Source: Nitrosopumilus sp.
Lineage (GTDB): Archaea > Thermoproteota > Nitrososphaeria > Nitrososphaerales > Nitrosopumilaceae
Direction of reading: 5' to 3'
Assembly (NCBI GenBank): GCA_965223425.1
Contig: OZ245003.1
Location: 1,216,001 to 1,280,000, forward strand
DNA length: 64,000 nucleotides
Shown here: positions 20,501-26,859 of the stretch, one piece after another
Layout of the letters: every line of letters begins with the position of its first letter
Position numbering within the stretch: the first letter of the stretch is position 1
Position numbers and translations under genes: made by a program
Notes under the pieces: generated by a model
The model's database searches: none
Seen by the model: the letters and a program-made list of their open reading frames with translations, nothing else
What the model was told of the DNA's origin: nothing

Positions 20501-21526
20501 AGCGGGACCTCCTTTGAGCCAGAATTCAGGTATTACGGATCATCAGGCACCCTTGAGGGCCTTGTATCCTCTGGCGGCGGTGGTGGTGGCAGCAGCGGAG
20601 ACGTCTCTGCCCCCTCAATCCGCACGGGCTTTGGCGCGGGCCAGTACCCCCTGGTATACGACGGGGTAAAGTACGGCCCTGACACGATCAACTCGCCCCA
20701 CACTGCCACGATACGCGCAGGCAGCGGCGAGAGGCTTCTCAGCACCCTCACAGTATACGAGAACGGCGGGGCGCAAAACGTACAGCACGTCGACATGTTT
20801 GTCGCACACGACGGCAGGACAATACACAACGACGGCACAGAAACCCACGTGACCTACGATTCAGGCAACGTCCGGATAACTGATCCGCACGGCCTTATTG
20901 CCAGTGCCACTGTGGATGCGTCTGCCATTGATGCCACAAAGGCGCAGTTTGAGTTTGTCATAACCTTTGCCAAGAAGGTCCCGCTCTCTGACGTGCTGTA
21001 CCGCCTGTGGGACACCGGCAGAAACGCGCTTTACATCCACCTTGAGGACGCCCTTGTGGTGTCTGAGGGAAGGAAAGGCGGCAGCAGCAGTAGCGGCGGC
21101 GGCGGTGGCGGAGGCGGCAGCAGCAGCAGTGGCGGCGGAGGCGGAGGCGGCGGTAGCAGCAGCAGCAGCAGCAGTACTGTCCCCCCAGCCACCGGCAGCG
21201 GCACAACCACAACAACAACCGCTACTGGCAACGGCACCGCAGCTGACACTGCAGACAAGCAGCAACCACAACAACCCCGACAGGGCTTTACCGCAGAACA
21301 GCTTGACACCCTAAAGCAGTGGGGCGGATTTGCGTCCCAGTCCGCATCTGACTCGCAGCTTTTAGCCCAGTTCGGAATAGAGGGCACCAGCATCCCCACA
21401 TACTTTAAGCAGACAGCAAAGTGGTTCCTCGACGCAGACGCAGATGACGCAGATGACGGCCTGACTGCGCAGGAGTTTGTCGCAGCGCTGTCGTACCTCG
21501 GGCAGCGCGGGCTGCTGCTAAACTGA
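2597..21526 (+). CDS. Giant (6309 aa) secreted modular surface protein/adhesin
   Basis: Signal peptide ending ...SLADA. LVIVD-like propeller repeats (YALV..DNGVQIIDITNPASP; ~2690-3870 and ~13640-14945). C-type-lectin-like domain (~3965-4530). Many PKD/REJ repeats (ADAGPNQ..VTLDGT.S.DPD). SwmB-like and FSPDGTKMF propeller units (~7750-8830). Ig/DUF5011-like units. Type-I solute-binding domain (VTIGAIVSTTG...; ~19375-20560). Gly/Ser linker and thaumarchaeal C-terminal IPTYFKQTAKW..FVAALSYL motif. Confidence 0.93.
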   Translation: MQRLIKSPLPAIAAIAALVLLIPLCISLADAAIDSPVPVASVADGSAYPELAGAWDITTVVINASTYALVTGSHDLGVQIIDITDPASPTHVAAIIDGQSHSNSKKFDTLSSPHGITTVDIGTSTYALVASSHEGGIQIINITDPADPAPVVSIRNDKTYPKLAGAWDVTTVKINSSTYAMVTSNESTNGGGVQIINITNPADPAPVSSFGNGDAVTVGEEEKTYDTLAGANGITTVNMGSSTYALVTAYYDNGVQIINITNPASPVPAASITDNSTINLAGAVDITTVKIDSSTYALVAAYYDNGVQIINITNPASPVPAASITDNSTINLAGAYGITTVTDGSSTYALVAASTDNGVQIIDITNPASPVPAASITDEQEHDNGKTFDELEGAHGITTVTDGSSTYALVASTGDNGVQIIDISTAAEEESTTDRQPSTQSDTDAITTSKQTSADATSVPADWGLIPSGLGEGQDRFRLLIVTSTEHNATSSDIAVYDTFVQNLVAAGHEDIQEYSSSFRVVGSTSTVDARNHTGTTHTDTNKGPPIYWLDGAKVADNYQDFYDGSWDEERSARNENGDEFVFGTTSIFTGSKSDGTKASFFYLGNNLGALLGLPNIDRDPLTSDNPFTSSETLRFYGISPVFQIGTTNAAPIADAGPNQHVQERDTVTLDGTNSADPDNGDDTTLTYSWSQTSGTPAVTLANANTTSPTFTAPSTANFTALTFALTTNDGSLSSNNDTVTVTVYDDQTIFARSATYYENHGILGITFNKDVNLLISTELDLFHIRESGSDDGGSNLLSSKLLITTGSTAHFKLDSSTDSAVRALASPEADIEPDFTYSQGGFSFDYDQNDLPIKSGAFLPLIESVTLAARDELTVRFLSNVDTDITNGTGWILFGADVTAANLAIESNSDPGGIKDTMTLALNASLPGTATRFDDVHVKYQRPSGDGGGIFNGTEYLGNTADIKAADGLPPVPVSAAAASAMSTSITVTFSENVLGSHGAGSFSLSRAAGSATTTPVPAVVPETIFTDSETLTLNLNSTIGNNDLTVAYNQDLAGSGIADVAGNPVASFEGIPVGTQSAPTPPTPPDGNAPPTASIAAPARAAEGTTVTLVGTGSSDSDGTISLYAWTANNTSITIIDADKAEASFTAPQVTANATLVITLKVTDDDGATGSANHTMTLYDTNRLPAADAGPNQHVQEGDTVTLDGTRSADPDDGDTLTYSWSQTSGTPTVPLTNADTASPTFTAPSTANFTALTFALTTNDGSLSSNNDTVTVTVYDDQTIFARSATYYENHGILGVTFNKDVNLLISTELDLFHIRESGSDSGGSNLAFPLLLHTSGSTAHYKLDPSTDNAFRALTSPEADIEGFFTYSQNGFSFEYDQNDLPIGKSGAFLPLIESVTLVAHNELAVRFLSNVDTDITDGTGWILFGADAAGLAIKSNSDPGGTTDAMTLALNASLPDTATRFDAVHAHYQRPPADGDGATSHRGGIFNGTEYLDNARNIMANDGLPPVPVSAAAASATSTSITVTFSENVKGSHGTGSFSLSRAAGSATTSTPIPAVVPQTILTDSSTLTLGLDGPVGNNTLVISYRQDLEGSSMADVAGNPVASFANIPVGTPDVNRLPTAIISAPARVTEGDAVTLDGTASADDDGTISSYEWIANDTSITITNPSQATASFTAPRVTEDTSLVITLQVTDDDGDTGSANHTMTIANVNQRVTDPPRFVSAELDESAGVLNITFDKAIDASGVNATKFHIRESGSVTGGVTLSGASVTVTTPNTITLRLAEADRQTVIAMNTPYLEIDAGAVSDRSGNLLTESFDLTHDPSFSGSFYVAQDTQPVDIAFSPDGTKMFIMGIDHKTVRQYALSTPFDVTNASYNNKFFVVKTQDDTPLSIAFSPDGTKMFMMGGEHGAVRQYALSTPFDVTTASYSDEFFVVRHQDDQPVGITFSPDGTKMSMVGRVHDAVRQYALSTPFDVTTASYSDEFFVVRNQEKEPTGFAFSPDGTKIFIVGRQHDAVQQYALSTPFDITTASYNNKSFVVKTQDDAPNGIAFSSDGTKMFIIGNQHDRVYEYHMRLLYDINRLPTADAGPNQHVQEGDTVTLDGTGSADPDGGDDTLTYSWSQTSGSPAVTLTNANTTSPTFTAPSTTTAADPITLEFTLTASDSSSSNGTDTVTVTVYDDQTVFARSATYYENHGLLDITFNRDIDRTREIVFDSFLIRESGSNSGGSVLTSSEWLRDTAAGSTMTFRLNPSTDDAVGALTSPEIDIESFAVFGTNNILFNYDQVELPVVKSGAFLPLIDSVTLITHNELAVRFLSNVDTDITDGAGWILFGADAAGLAIKSNSDPGGTTDAMTLALNASLPGTATRFDDVHVHYQRPPADDAAGQRGGIFNGTEYLDNARDIKAADGLPPVPVSAAADSATSTSITVTFSENVKGSHGAGSFSLLRAAGSATTSIPIPAVVPQTILTDSSTLTLGLDGPVGNNTLVIGYNQDLEGSSMADVAGNPVASFANIPVSTPFTGDTGGGTPDANRRPIAEAGEPQTVNEGDTVTLDGTASHDPDGDPLTYVWEQAALQGEPPLRIEIDGATATFTAPQVTGLTFYTFTLTVYDGKVYSHVDTVNVIVNNSASDDPVADAGANQTENEGSTVTLDGTASADPNGDPLTYLWRQVSPESPQIALDDAASATPSFVAPVTLAAWTDFVFELAVDDGQGNSHTDTVTVTVRDTVSNRPVADAGANQTVNEGDTVTLDGTGSADPNGDPLTYSWKQDRPATPQLLLDDLNSPVANFVAPQVRNATEYVLELTVNDGHGNRNTDLVTITVRDTGSADPNIPVARAGGGQRVMEGSTVTLDGTASADPNGDPLTYLWRQISIPGAPTVQLEGANTATATFTAPAVDAEIDLVFELAVNDGDGNRDTDYVVIIVRDGDHEHAGSVHEHVGPTADAGPDQAYPEGTVITLFGGSSRGQVDGLDAVLQHRWIQLLPETPQVRIVNANHSEASFLAPQVSSTTEFLFLLTVWDRTISTGTDFVTMTVIDVAPDRPTAQAGRDQEINEGFTVHLNGRDSTDPNGDPLTYLWRQVSPASPQVSFDNATSSRTSFTAPTVSNQTDFVFELAVDDGQGNSHTDTVTVTVFDSASNSPTAEAGAAQNVTKGSTVRLDGTLSSDPNGDQLTYSWSQLIPNRPRVQLDDSASPTPSFTVPSLTLGDLLIFELIVDDGNGNTGKDNVILTVVRPPPAADAGPNQHVQEGDTVTLDGTNSTDPDGGDDTLTYSWSQTSGSPAVSLENANTTSPTFRAPQTGSTATLEFTLTASDDSLSNGTDTVTVTVYDDQTVFARSATYYENHGILGITFNRDIDRLPGILFDLFSIRESGSNSGGSDLGSSEWLENTAARSTMIFMLDPSTDDAVRALTFPEIDIEAFAVSGTNGIQFMYDQTELPVVKSGAFLPRVTTAVATAQSEITVRFLSNVDTDITNGTGWSVGASVDVGLEENLAVESNSDPGGTTDAMTLALNGSLPTGFRSGAIFLDYQRPSDDGTGIFNGTEYLGSTNRILLTDGIPPVIVNASAASPTATSITLTFSERITGQANAESFSLSRTAGSATTTPVPAVVSQVEAGSSPTITLNLNGTIGNNDLVIGYNRDLGGDSSMADIAGNPVASFADIPVATPPADPVLPTPPEDDSYAIDSPVPVASITDGQTHSNGKTFDELNGVYDIATVKIDTSTYALVVASTFGADNGVQIIDITDPANPAPVASFDKGDTVTVGNATKTFDELLGARAITTVKIDTSTYALVAAFTDNGVQIINVTNPDLPAPVASFDDGDTVTVNGTTKTFDTLRGTRAITTVDIDSSTYALVAASNDDGVQIVDITDPAKPVPTASFDDGDIVTVGDTEKTFDELNGARAITTVDIGSSTYALVASFNDDGVQIVDITDPTKPVPTASFDDGDTVEVGGTNKTFDELDQANGITTVKIDSSTYALVASLDDDGVQIVDITDPAKPVPTASFGDGDTVTVGNANRTFDELDGARAITTVDIGSSTYALVASFNDDGVQIVDITDPSNPFPTASFDDGDTVTVNGTTRTFDELDGARAITTVDIGSSTYALVASLTDNGVQIVGISSRSITNQPTVAPTLVSVERHDPATQSTNDTTPTFRATFSKAVTNVDAPDFVIIGDATATVSAVTPVSDTVYHVEVNVTADGIVNLGIDAGHNIQDAAGNSLSGTEPTDTDEPYTIDTAPPTLLAVTRIHPAAENTNDRNPIFRVIFGEAVTNVDKEDFETLGNATSTVSSATRIFDTQYDVLVTVTADGTVNLGIDAGHNITDVAGNALSDTTPTGANEPYTIDTVQPTILSIKRHNPLTENTTDSTPTFRVTFSEEVLEVNKPDFAITDSSSANATVSTVTPVPGSTVYDVGVTVTANGTVSLVLAGLHYIIDTASNSLSPADPPVSESYNVLLTQAENRQPTITLTGDNPATAERYVTYTDAGAACADPDGDDITLTSSSNVDTDTVSLPASPYRYTYSCTDQHGLAATNKTRLVSVEDTVKPVITLVGPASVPLTVGDTYTEEGATCTDSGRLLGAASIGGATVDTAVVNEYDVVYACSDGYNNAIPVTRTVTVTEPTITPPPPDVNVPPSASISAPPRAAEGTQVTLDGSGSTDTDGTIQSYNWTASNPAVAITGSNLPTASFIAPQVTEDTSLAITLKVTDDDGATNSAQHNMTITNTSPPPDDSAAPTFTARTGPATNQITVTFSKAVNSTADSHAAWGVAGSTVTAVTGLDGTGNTATLTLQSPVQPPDATPAVTYNADAGDISDVAGNPLATATVTAAAGHPAGLHIHLIGDAFLYHTYGEPYTDKGALCHDADGNDITDTGDYENPPYLNQTQTINATLHADTVLNFTHQSQNEYRPFDPQEVIYKCATSPSEFVEETRTVALRDDTPPEIRLNGPRDVDLEIGETFEETATCTDAPLKYQTELLNAAFYLTFRISFLPDGYQDTAGEHTISYTCSDSKGNDAEDTSRTLHVGTPDNTPPVLAVNPGVVTTLANGTHVVRQDVGFAAAGDGGGLQSAVSCTDNRDSTPAITLDPATVDTSVSGAHTITYSCTDAAGNPSNDITVTWDFGPAAPVLAVTPGDTQVTLALDASYEIPAASCTDHRDGDITGTGIVTAISSGGQPVDEIDTSSAGTYGITYSCTDSDDNTSEHNVTVTILPAVVDSTPPTIVLNPPEIIFVPVGGSFADADTGALCIDGQGNIIEGRTTVDATALDTAVLGNHTVTYSCTVSEENPQSSTISRTVSVYGFTVNGNIADFATDITTSDDYEEGIIQNITNIENPYQSIKYYDTAGQDTDSFDNQTRPAGTYTVQYTVSTPMSSPPITYTITETVTVVNATTQPDGNTPPIVAISVVPEVEAAEGTLVSLDGTNSRDDDGTISSYAWTTDDASIAITDADRPTASFTAPQVTEDTPLLITLRVTDNQGAPGSAQYTLIITDSESPVVPDTTPPTFTVDGHTGDFETSLTEGQTYRNGKIDNINETGSHPTSTEIRYYSGTGDVITTTDENEINSINNTRPAIGGYTIQYRVSDSAVSPNTHTITETLTVRAPATVTIGAIVSTTGSISSLGIPANDAIHLAVNDFNDRYLAPKEAAWRLAVSGYDDRSTSEGAIAALELLAGSNITSIVGPLTSDALSAVKGHALFDEPPRLAISYASTAPAEDLKQKDDRVFRTVPDDSNTVRAYVSLFEADSVDYVIPVFRNDAWGVALNRTLADEIDDHNNNNNNNNEITVHGGILYDPDTVSLSANTTLALLNDTLSRDSVSEKAPAVVVFGFSETLDILDEAAATANLPAAKWYGSDAVAPSKLLEGDTTRDENRRAFLERTDYNVLTLAIDQNEANKRIDRSVDNADVYSYAAYDAVYILGTAIHLNGGPAGNVVNGGLIGNITQVADNANGHYTDPAMGNTTLNEYGDLLQADYFVLSLDAGSGTSFEPEFRYYGSSGTLEGLVSSGGGGGGSSGDVSAPSIRTGFGAGQYPLVYDGVKYGPDTINSPHTATIRAGSGERLLSTLTVYENGGAQNVQHVDMFVAHDGRTIHNDGTETHVTYDSGNVRITDPHGLIASATVDASAIDATKAQFEFVITFAKKVPLSDVLYRLWDTGRNALYIHLEDALVVSEGRKGGSSSSGGGGGGGGSSSSGGGGGGGGSSSSSSSTVPPATGSGTTTTTTATGNGTAADTADKQQPQQPRQGFTAEQLDTLKQWGGFASQSASDSQLLAQFGIEGTSIPTYFKQTAKWFLDADADDADDGLTAQEFVAALSYLGQRGLLLN

Positions 21527-21739
21527 GGGGACGCCAAAGGGTATCACCTGCCCGTCAAAGACAGATGCCCGCCGCAGATCACCGGGAACGCAGCTAGGAT
21601 CTGCTTGTCTGGCACCACGCACACACACAGGGTCTTACCAAACCCCCACCCCTGCAGTCCCCAGTTGAGCCTGCAACCGGATTGCGGCGCATCATCATAT
21701 CATCATCACATATGCGTTGTTTTCCTTGGCCGTTCCAAA

Positions 21740-21764
21740 CAGCAGCAGCAGCAGCAGCAGCAGC
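21740..21764 (+). repeat. (CAG)8 microsatellite in the non-coding tail of the island
   Basis: Directly visible; nearby (CA)n at ~21620 and (CAT)n at ~21690. Confidence 0.9.
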
Positions 21765-22229
21765 GCCCTTTTCAGATCCCTGGCCGTATAATGGGCAGTG
21801 CCCTCTCTGGCTCTTAACCTGGCAAACCCCGTTGCGCAAATACGCGCCTCTGGCAGGCCCTTCTGATATGCAGTCTGCAATCGCAGTGCTGTTTTCTGCC
21901 GGCCTGGTGACATGACAGTCTCCGCACCGGTCAGACCCGGGCAGCGGCAAGCCCCTGTACATCACCCCAACCGGCAGTTTCCTGCACCTTTTGCATCCAT
22001 GGCCGGAGCTACGCACCGTCTGGCTGCCCATTCCTCCAAAACCCCGCAGATCCGAGAACCTGTATGTCGCCGCTTTCTCCCCCCCGGATCTCCGTAGCGT
22101 ATCTCCAGACGAACAACCACCTGCGTTCACTTTTTCTAGTTTTCAGAGGCGGCCCTGTCTCAATCCAGGTTCCAGTCTGCAGTGCCGTGCTTTCTGCAAA
22201 CTTGCATCTCTGATCAAGCGTGATTGGAT

Positions 22230-22286
22230 CAGACTCGACGGTTATGGTGTATTCCAGCGATCAGATCATCATTTTGCACCAGATCT
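22230..22286 (+). repeat. Dispersed repeat copy 3 (right border of the GC-rich island)
   Basis: cagactcgacggttatggtgtattccagcgatcagatcatcattttgcaccagatct. Composition switches back to AT-rich immediately after. Confidence 0.8.
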
Positions 22287-22472
22287 TCTGTAAATGGTAA
22301 GAAATACAAGATCTGTACAATTGTAAAAAAAAATCTTATTTTTTTAACGAGTTTACGAGATTTTAAAGGATCTTTTTTATTTTTCATTGTGTATGATGTA
22401 CTGAGAACCTCAAGATTGGTGGTCATGTCTGAAAGAGTTCCCCTCCATCCAGTTTAATATCTGACCATCACT

Positions 22473-23282
22473 CTATGACGGCTTGAGCATTGTTTGTTTT
22501 TTGAGACTTTTTGTAAACGATGTAATCTTTGATTCCAATTGTCTTTGGGGCGTCTTTTCAATTAACTTCAAATACGCACTTCCAACAATTACCGCATCTG
22601 CACCTGCCTTGATGTATTTTTTTACATCTTCGGGAGTTGACACGCCAAACCCGACGCCAATCGGAATTTTTCCTCTAGTTTGTTTTTTTACATCCCTGAT
22701 TGCCTTTAGCGTATAATTTTTAATTCCTGTTTTAACACCTGTCGTTCCATAAACTGCAACAAGATAGAGGAACCCTGTTGATGCTTTAGCAATTTTTTGC
22801 ATTCTTGCTTTGTTCGTATTTGGGGATATCAGAAATATTGTGTCTGCCTTGTTTTTTGCCGCATGCAAGTAATCTTTTGATTCTTCAATTGGCATGTCAG
22901 GAAGGACGAATCCGTCTATTCCTGCCTTCCTTGCCTCAGAAATGAATTTTGGATATCCCTTATGATACAAAATATTGGTGTATGTCATCAATACAAGTGG
23001 AATCCCCGTTTCTTTTCTGATTTTTTTTACAATGCTCAAAAACTTGTTTATCCTTGTGCCTTTTTTTAGCGACATGGTACCTGCATTCTGAATCACTGGC
23101 CCATCTGCTAGAGGATCTGAAAAAGGAAAACCCAATTCTATAATGTCTGCGCCTCCTTTTACCAGTCCCCTTACTGCGGCAATTGTTGCTTTTTCATTTG
23201 GGAACCCGGCCATAACGTATGAGATGAGTGCTTTTTGGCCTTTGGCCTCCAATTCCGTAAACTTTTCTTCAATCTTTGACAT
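22473..23282 (-). CDS. trpA: Tryptophan synthase alpha chain
   Basis: [23 protein letters not shown] and ADAVIVGSA motifs. Confidence 0.98.
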   Translation of the reverse strand: MSKIEEKFTELEAKGQKALISYVMAGFPNEKATIAAVRGLVKGGADIIELGFPFSDPLADGPVIQNAGTMSLKKGTRINKFLSIVKKIRKETGIPLVLMTYTNILYHKGYPKFISEARKAGIDGFVLPDMPIEESKDYLHAAKNKADTIFLISPNTNKARMQKIAKASTGFLYLVAVYGTTGVKTGIKNYTLKAIRDVKKQTRGKIPIGVGFGVSTPEDVKKYIKAGADAVIVGSAYLKLIEKTPQRQLESKITSFTKSLKKQTMLKPS

Positions 23283-24459
23283 TTTTATTCAGATAATCTT
23301 GTACTTCTTCAACATCTTTGTCCCCCCGTCCAGAAAGCGTCACCACTATTGACTCTGACTTTTTTCCTTTTCCTGCCACCTTGATTGCCTCTGCCATTGC
23401 GTGAGCTGATTCTAGTGCTGGGATGATTCCTTCTGTCCTAGTCAGCATCAAGAACGCATCAATAACTTTTGCATCCGTAGCTGAATGATATTTTACGCGT
23501 TTTGTATCTTTAAAGTAAGAATGCTCAGGACCCACCCCCGGATAATCAAGTCCTGCTGAAATGCTGTGCGTCTCTGCAATCTGCCCCTCCTCATTTTGAA
23601 GTAAATAAGTCATCATGCCGTGTAAAACCCCTTTTGTACCAGCTGATAGTGTTGCCGAGTGTAGTTTTGATTTTAACCCTTGACCTGCAGCTTCTACCCC
23701 AATAATTTCTGCGTTTGTATCGGCCAGGGGATAAAACGTTCCAATCGCATTAGAACCCCCGCCCACACATGCTATCACGCTATCTGGAGTCTTGTTGTTG
23801 ATTTTTTTCATTTGCGATTTGATCTCATTCCCAATCACGCTTTGAAAGTCCCTTACCATTACCGGATAAGGGTGTGGGCCTACGGCAGATCCTAGCAGAT
23901 AGTATGTTGTCCCCACGTTTGTGATCCAGTCCCTAATTGCCTCGTTGATTGCATCCTTTAGTGTTTTTGAACCTGATTTTACCGGATGAACTTTACAACC
24001 AAGCAAGTTCATTCTAAACACGTTAAGCTTTTGGCGAATTGTATCCTTGTATCCCATGTATACTTCGGCTTTCATTCCCAATGCTGCACATGCCATAGCT
24101 GTTGCAACACCGTGCTGGCCTGCTCCGGTCTCTGCAATGACTCGCCTCTTTTTCATTTTTTTTGCAAGAAGCGCCTGGCCTAGCGTGTTGTTGATTTTAT
24201 GGGCCCCCCCATGCAGCAAGTCCTCCCGCTTGAGATAGATTTTGGAGCCTCCTAGCTTTTCTGATAGATTCTTTGCATAGTACAGGGGGGTCGGTCTTCC
24301 TGCGTAAGCTTTGAGATAGTAATCAAGTTCTTTTTTGAAGTTTCTGTCATTTTTGTATTTGAGATAGTTCTCTTCTAGTTCTTCAACTGCTGGCACCAAT
24401 GTTTCAGGAATGTATCTTCCGCCAAATTCCCCAAATCTTCCATTCTTGGGATATCTCAA
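23269..24459 (-). CDS. trpB: Tryptophan synthase beta chain
   Basis: [10 protein letters not shown] (PLP Lys), [22 protein letters not shown]. Likely TTG start at 24459 overlapping the trpC stop; the ORF track extends it to 24546. Confidence 0.98.
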   Translation of the reverse strand: MRYPKNGRFGEFGGRYIPETLVPAVEELEENYLKYKNDRNFKKELDYYLKAYAGRPTPLYYAKNLSEKLGGSKIYLKREDLLHGGAHKINNTLGQALLAKKMKKRRVIAETGAGQHGVATAMACAALGMKAEVYMGYKDTIRQKLNVFRMNLLGCKVHPVKSGSKTLKDAINEAIRDWITNVGTTYYLLGSAVGPHPYPVMVRDFQSVIGNEIKSQMKKINNKTPDSVIACVGGGSNAIGTFYPLADTNAEIIGVEAAGQGLKSKLHSATLSAGTKGVLHGMMTYLLQNEEGQIAETHSISAGLDYPGVGPEHSYFKDTKRVKYHSATDAKVIDAFLMLTRTEGIIPALESAHAMAEAIKVAGKGKKSESIVVTLSGRGDKDVEEVQDYLNKNVKD

Positions 24460-25235
24460 TATGCACTCGCCAACTTTCTTATCTGCTCTCCGATATTGTC
24501 GCTTTTCATGATACTTGAGCCTATCAAAAATGCGTCTGCTCCACATTTTTTCAGATATCGAACATCTTTGGCACTTTCAATCCCGCTTTCTGAAAGAATT
24601 GGCCTTGTATCTTCATATCCGTCTAGAACCGTTTCTGTAGTTTTCAAATCAATCTCCAACGTATCCAAGTTTCTGTTGTTAATGCCGATAAGATCAGCGG
24701 CCGTCTCTGATGCATTTTCAAATTCTTGTTTTGTATGAACTTCAAGAAGAATTTTTAATCCTTTTCTGTGTCCATAGTCGATAAACTCATCAATTTCTTT
24801 TAGGAATCCCTGATCAAATAAGGACTGAATCACTAGCATATAGTCTGCCCCGATCTTCTCTGCAGCATCAATCTGAATTTTGTCTATCATGATATCCTTC
24901 ATCAGCAATGGGGCATCCACTGCCTCTCTAACTTTGATGAAGTGTTTGGGCGAACCGTGAAATAAGTGTGGTTGTGTCAGCACTGACAACGCTTTTGAGC
25001 CTCCGGCAATCATCTGTCTTGCTATGTTTGCAGGATCTGCAAGGGTTCTGATTTTTCCAAGGGAGGGCGATGCAAATTTTATCTCAGCTAGGAGCGTTGG
25101 ATGGGGATTTGTCTTGATAATCTGAATAAAATCCCTGTCTGATTTTTGTAGATTTACATCTACATCATATGTCCCATCATCGACTGCTGTCTGTGAATTG
25201 CTTACCAGTCTTTTTAAAATATTTTCAGCCGTCAT
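24456..25235 (-). CDS. trpC: Indole-3-glycerol phosphate synthase
   Basis: [22 protein letters not shown] and SESGI motifs. Confidence 0.97.
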   Translation of the reverse strand: MTAENILKRLVSNSQTAVDDGTYDVDVNLQKSDRDFIQIIKTNPHPTLLAEIKFASPSLGKIRTLADPANIARQMIAGGSKALSVLTQPHLFHGSPKHFIKVREAVDAPLLMKDIMIDKIQIDAAEKIGADYMLVIQSLFDQGFLKEIDEFIDYGHRKGLKILLEVHTKQEFENASETAADLIGINNRNLDTLEIDLKTTETVLDGYEDTRPILSESGIESAKDVRYLKKCGADAFLIGSSIMKSDNIGEQIRKLASAY

Positions 25236-26272
25236 GCCATCTCCCTTAGTTTTGAAATGTCTCCTGTGTCTGCCACAAAGTTTTCCAAAAGCTTGAATGC
25301 TTTTCCATCTTTAATTGCGTCTAGTGCAATATCTACCCCCTCTTCAAAACTATCTGCAATGTCTGCAACAATCAGCCCGCCTGCCGCATTTAGTGCTGTA
25401 GTTTCAACCATTGCCTGATTTGCAGTATTGTTAAGAACTCTCACAAAAGACTTGACGGCCTGATCTTTATCTTCAATTTGTATGTCTTTGAGTGATGATT
25501 TGTGCAATCCGACTATTTCCGGATCAACTGCATTCATCAATATTTTCCCGTTACGTAAAATACATACTCTATTAACTGAGCTAGTTGAAAACTCATCCAT
25601 TCCATCATCAGAACGCACTGTCATAACATTCTGCGCATTTTTTCTTTTAAGAATCGCTGGCAGCCTTTCAAGATATTCATCTGAAAACACCCCCACTAGT
25701 TGATTCTTTACTCCAGCTGGATTTGAAAGGGGGCCTAAAAGATTGAATGCCGTTCTTTTGCCCAGCTGTCTTCTTGCAGCAGCAACATGTTCCATTGCAG
25801 GATGAAATTTCTGTGCAAACATAAAACAAATCTTGTGTTTTTCTAAAATCTCTGTAGTTTTTGCTGGCCCTTGATTCAGGTCATATCCAAAATATTCAAA
25901 AATATCTGCACTTCCTGACACTCCTGAGCTGGAGCGGTTCCCGTGCTTTGCAACTATTCCGCCTGCCGCTGCTACCACAAACGATGCAGCAGTCGACACA
26001 TTGAAGGTTTGAAGTTTATCTCCTCCGGTTCCACACATATCGATAACCGTTCCCGCGTTTTTAGGCTCGATTTTTAAGGATAACTCCTGCATTTTATCTA
26101 GCATTCCCAGCAACTCGTCATCTGTCTCTCCTTTGTCTGCAAGGCCTGATAGAAAATCCGCATTTTCTTTGATGGAGGTATTTCCTGAAAGAATGTGCGT
26201 CATGACGCTGTTTATCTCATCGTATGTCAAGTCTGTCTTTTCTTGCAGTTTTTCAATAAAATCTGAAATCAT
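25232..26272 (-). CDS. trpD: Anthranilate phosphoribosyltransferase
   Basis: DMCGTGGD, TFNVST and KHGNRSSSG motifs. Confidence 0.98.
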   Translation of the reverse strand: MISDFIEKLQEKTDLTYDEINSVMTHILSGNTSIKENADFLSGLADKGETDDELLGMLDKMQELSLKIEPKNAGTVIDMCGTGGDKLQTFNVSTAASFVVAAAGGIVAKHGNRSSSGVSGSADIFEYFGYDLNQGPAKTTEILEKHKICFMFAQKFHPAMEHVAAARRQLGKRTAFNLLGPLSNPAGVKNQLVGVFSDEYLERLPAILKRKNAQNVMTVRSDDGMDEFSTSSVNRVCILRNGKILMNAVDPEIVGLHKSSLKDIQIEDKDQAVKSFVRVLNNTANQAMVETTALNAAGGLIVADIADSFEEGVDIALDAIKDGKAFKLLENFVADTGDISKLREMA

Positions 26273-26859
26273 TTCTCTCTTACCTGCTTGATGAAATTTT
26301 CTAGAATTTTTTTACCCTCTTCAGTCATTATTGATTCGGGATGAAACTGCACTCCCTCAATAAGATATTTTTTGTGTTTTACTGCCATAATCTCTCCATC
26401 GTCTTCAGCAGTGGCAGTTACTTCTAGCACGTCTGGAATTATTGCTTTATCCCCTACTAAACTGTGATATCTTGTTGCTCTAAATGGATTTTTTACCCCC
26501 TTGAACAGTTCTGAACCCTTGTGAGCAACTGGACTTGTTTTCCCATGTCTTACACATCCTGCATTTGTTACTCTTCCTCCAAACGCATAAATGATTCCCT
26601 GATGCCCAAGACAAACTCCTAGTATCGGCGTTGTTGTGCCCATATCCTTGATTACGTCACCACACACTCCAAAGCTTTTCCTGTCCTCAGGTGTTCCCGG
26701 ACCTGGCGAAATTATTATTGCATCATAATTTTTTTCTCTAATTTCATTTAGTGCAATCCTGTCATTTCTGATGACGTCTGATTCTACTCCAAGCTCTCCA
26801 AGATACTGTGCAATGTTAAATACAAACGAATCATAATTGTCAATAATTAGAAATTTCAA
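26269..26859 (-). CDS. trpG: Anthranilate synthase component II
   Basis: IDNYDSF, SPGPG, GVCLGHQ and QFHPES motifs. Confidence 0.97.
   Translation of the reverse strand: MKFLIIDNYDSFVFNIAQYLGELGVESDVIRNDRIALNEIREKNYDAIIISPGPGTPEDRKSFGVCGDVIKDMGTTTPILGVCLGHQGIIYAFGGRVTNAGCVRHGKTSPVAHKGSELFKGVKNPFRATRYHSLVGDKAIIPDVLEVTATAEDDGEIMAVKHKKYLIEGVQFHPESIMTEEGKKILENFIKQVREK

Noticed and set aside
2615-21537. Dozens of long antisense and alternate-frame ORFs over the giant gene
   Set aside because: Shadow ORFs caused by GC-rich, repetitive codon usage; they mirror the sense repeats and have no motifs of their own.
21594-22293. ORFs downstream of the giant gene
   Set aside because: Low-complexity, microsatellite-driven translations on both strands with no recognisable domain.
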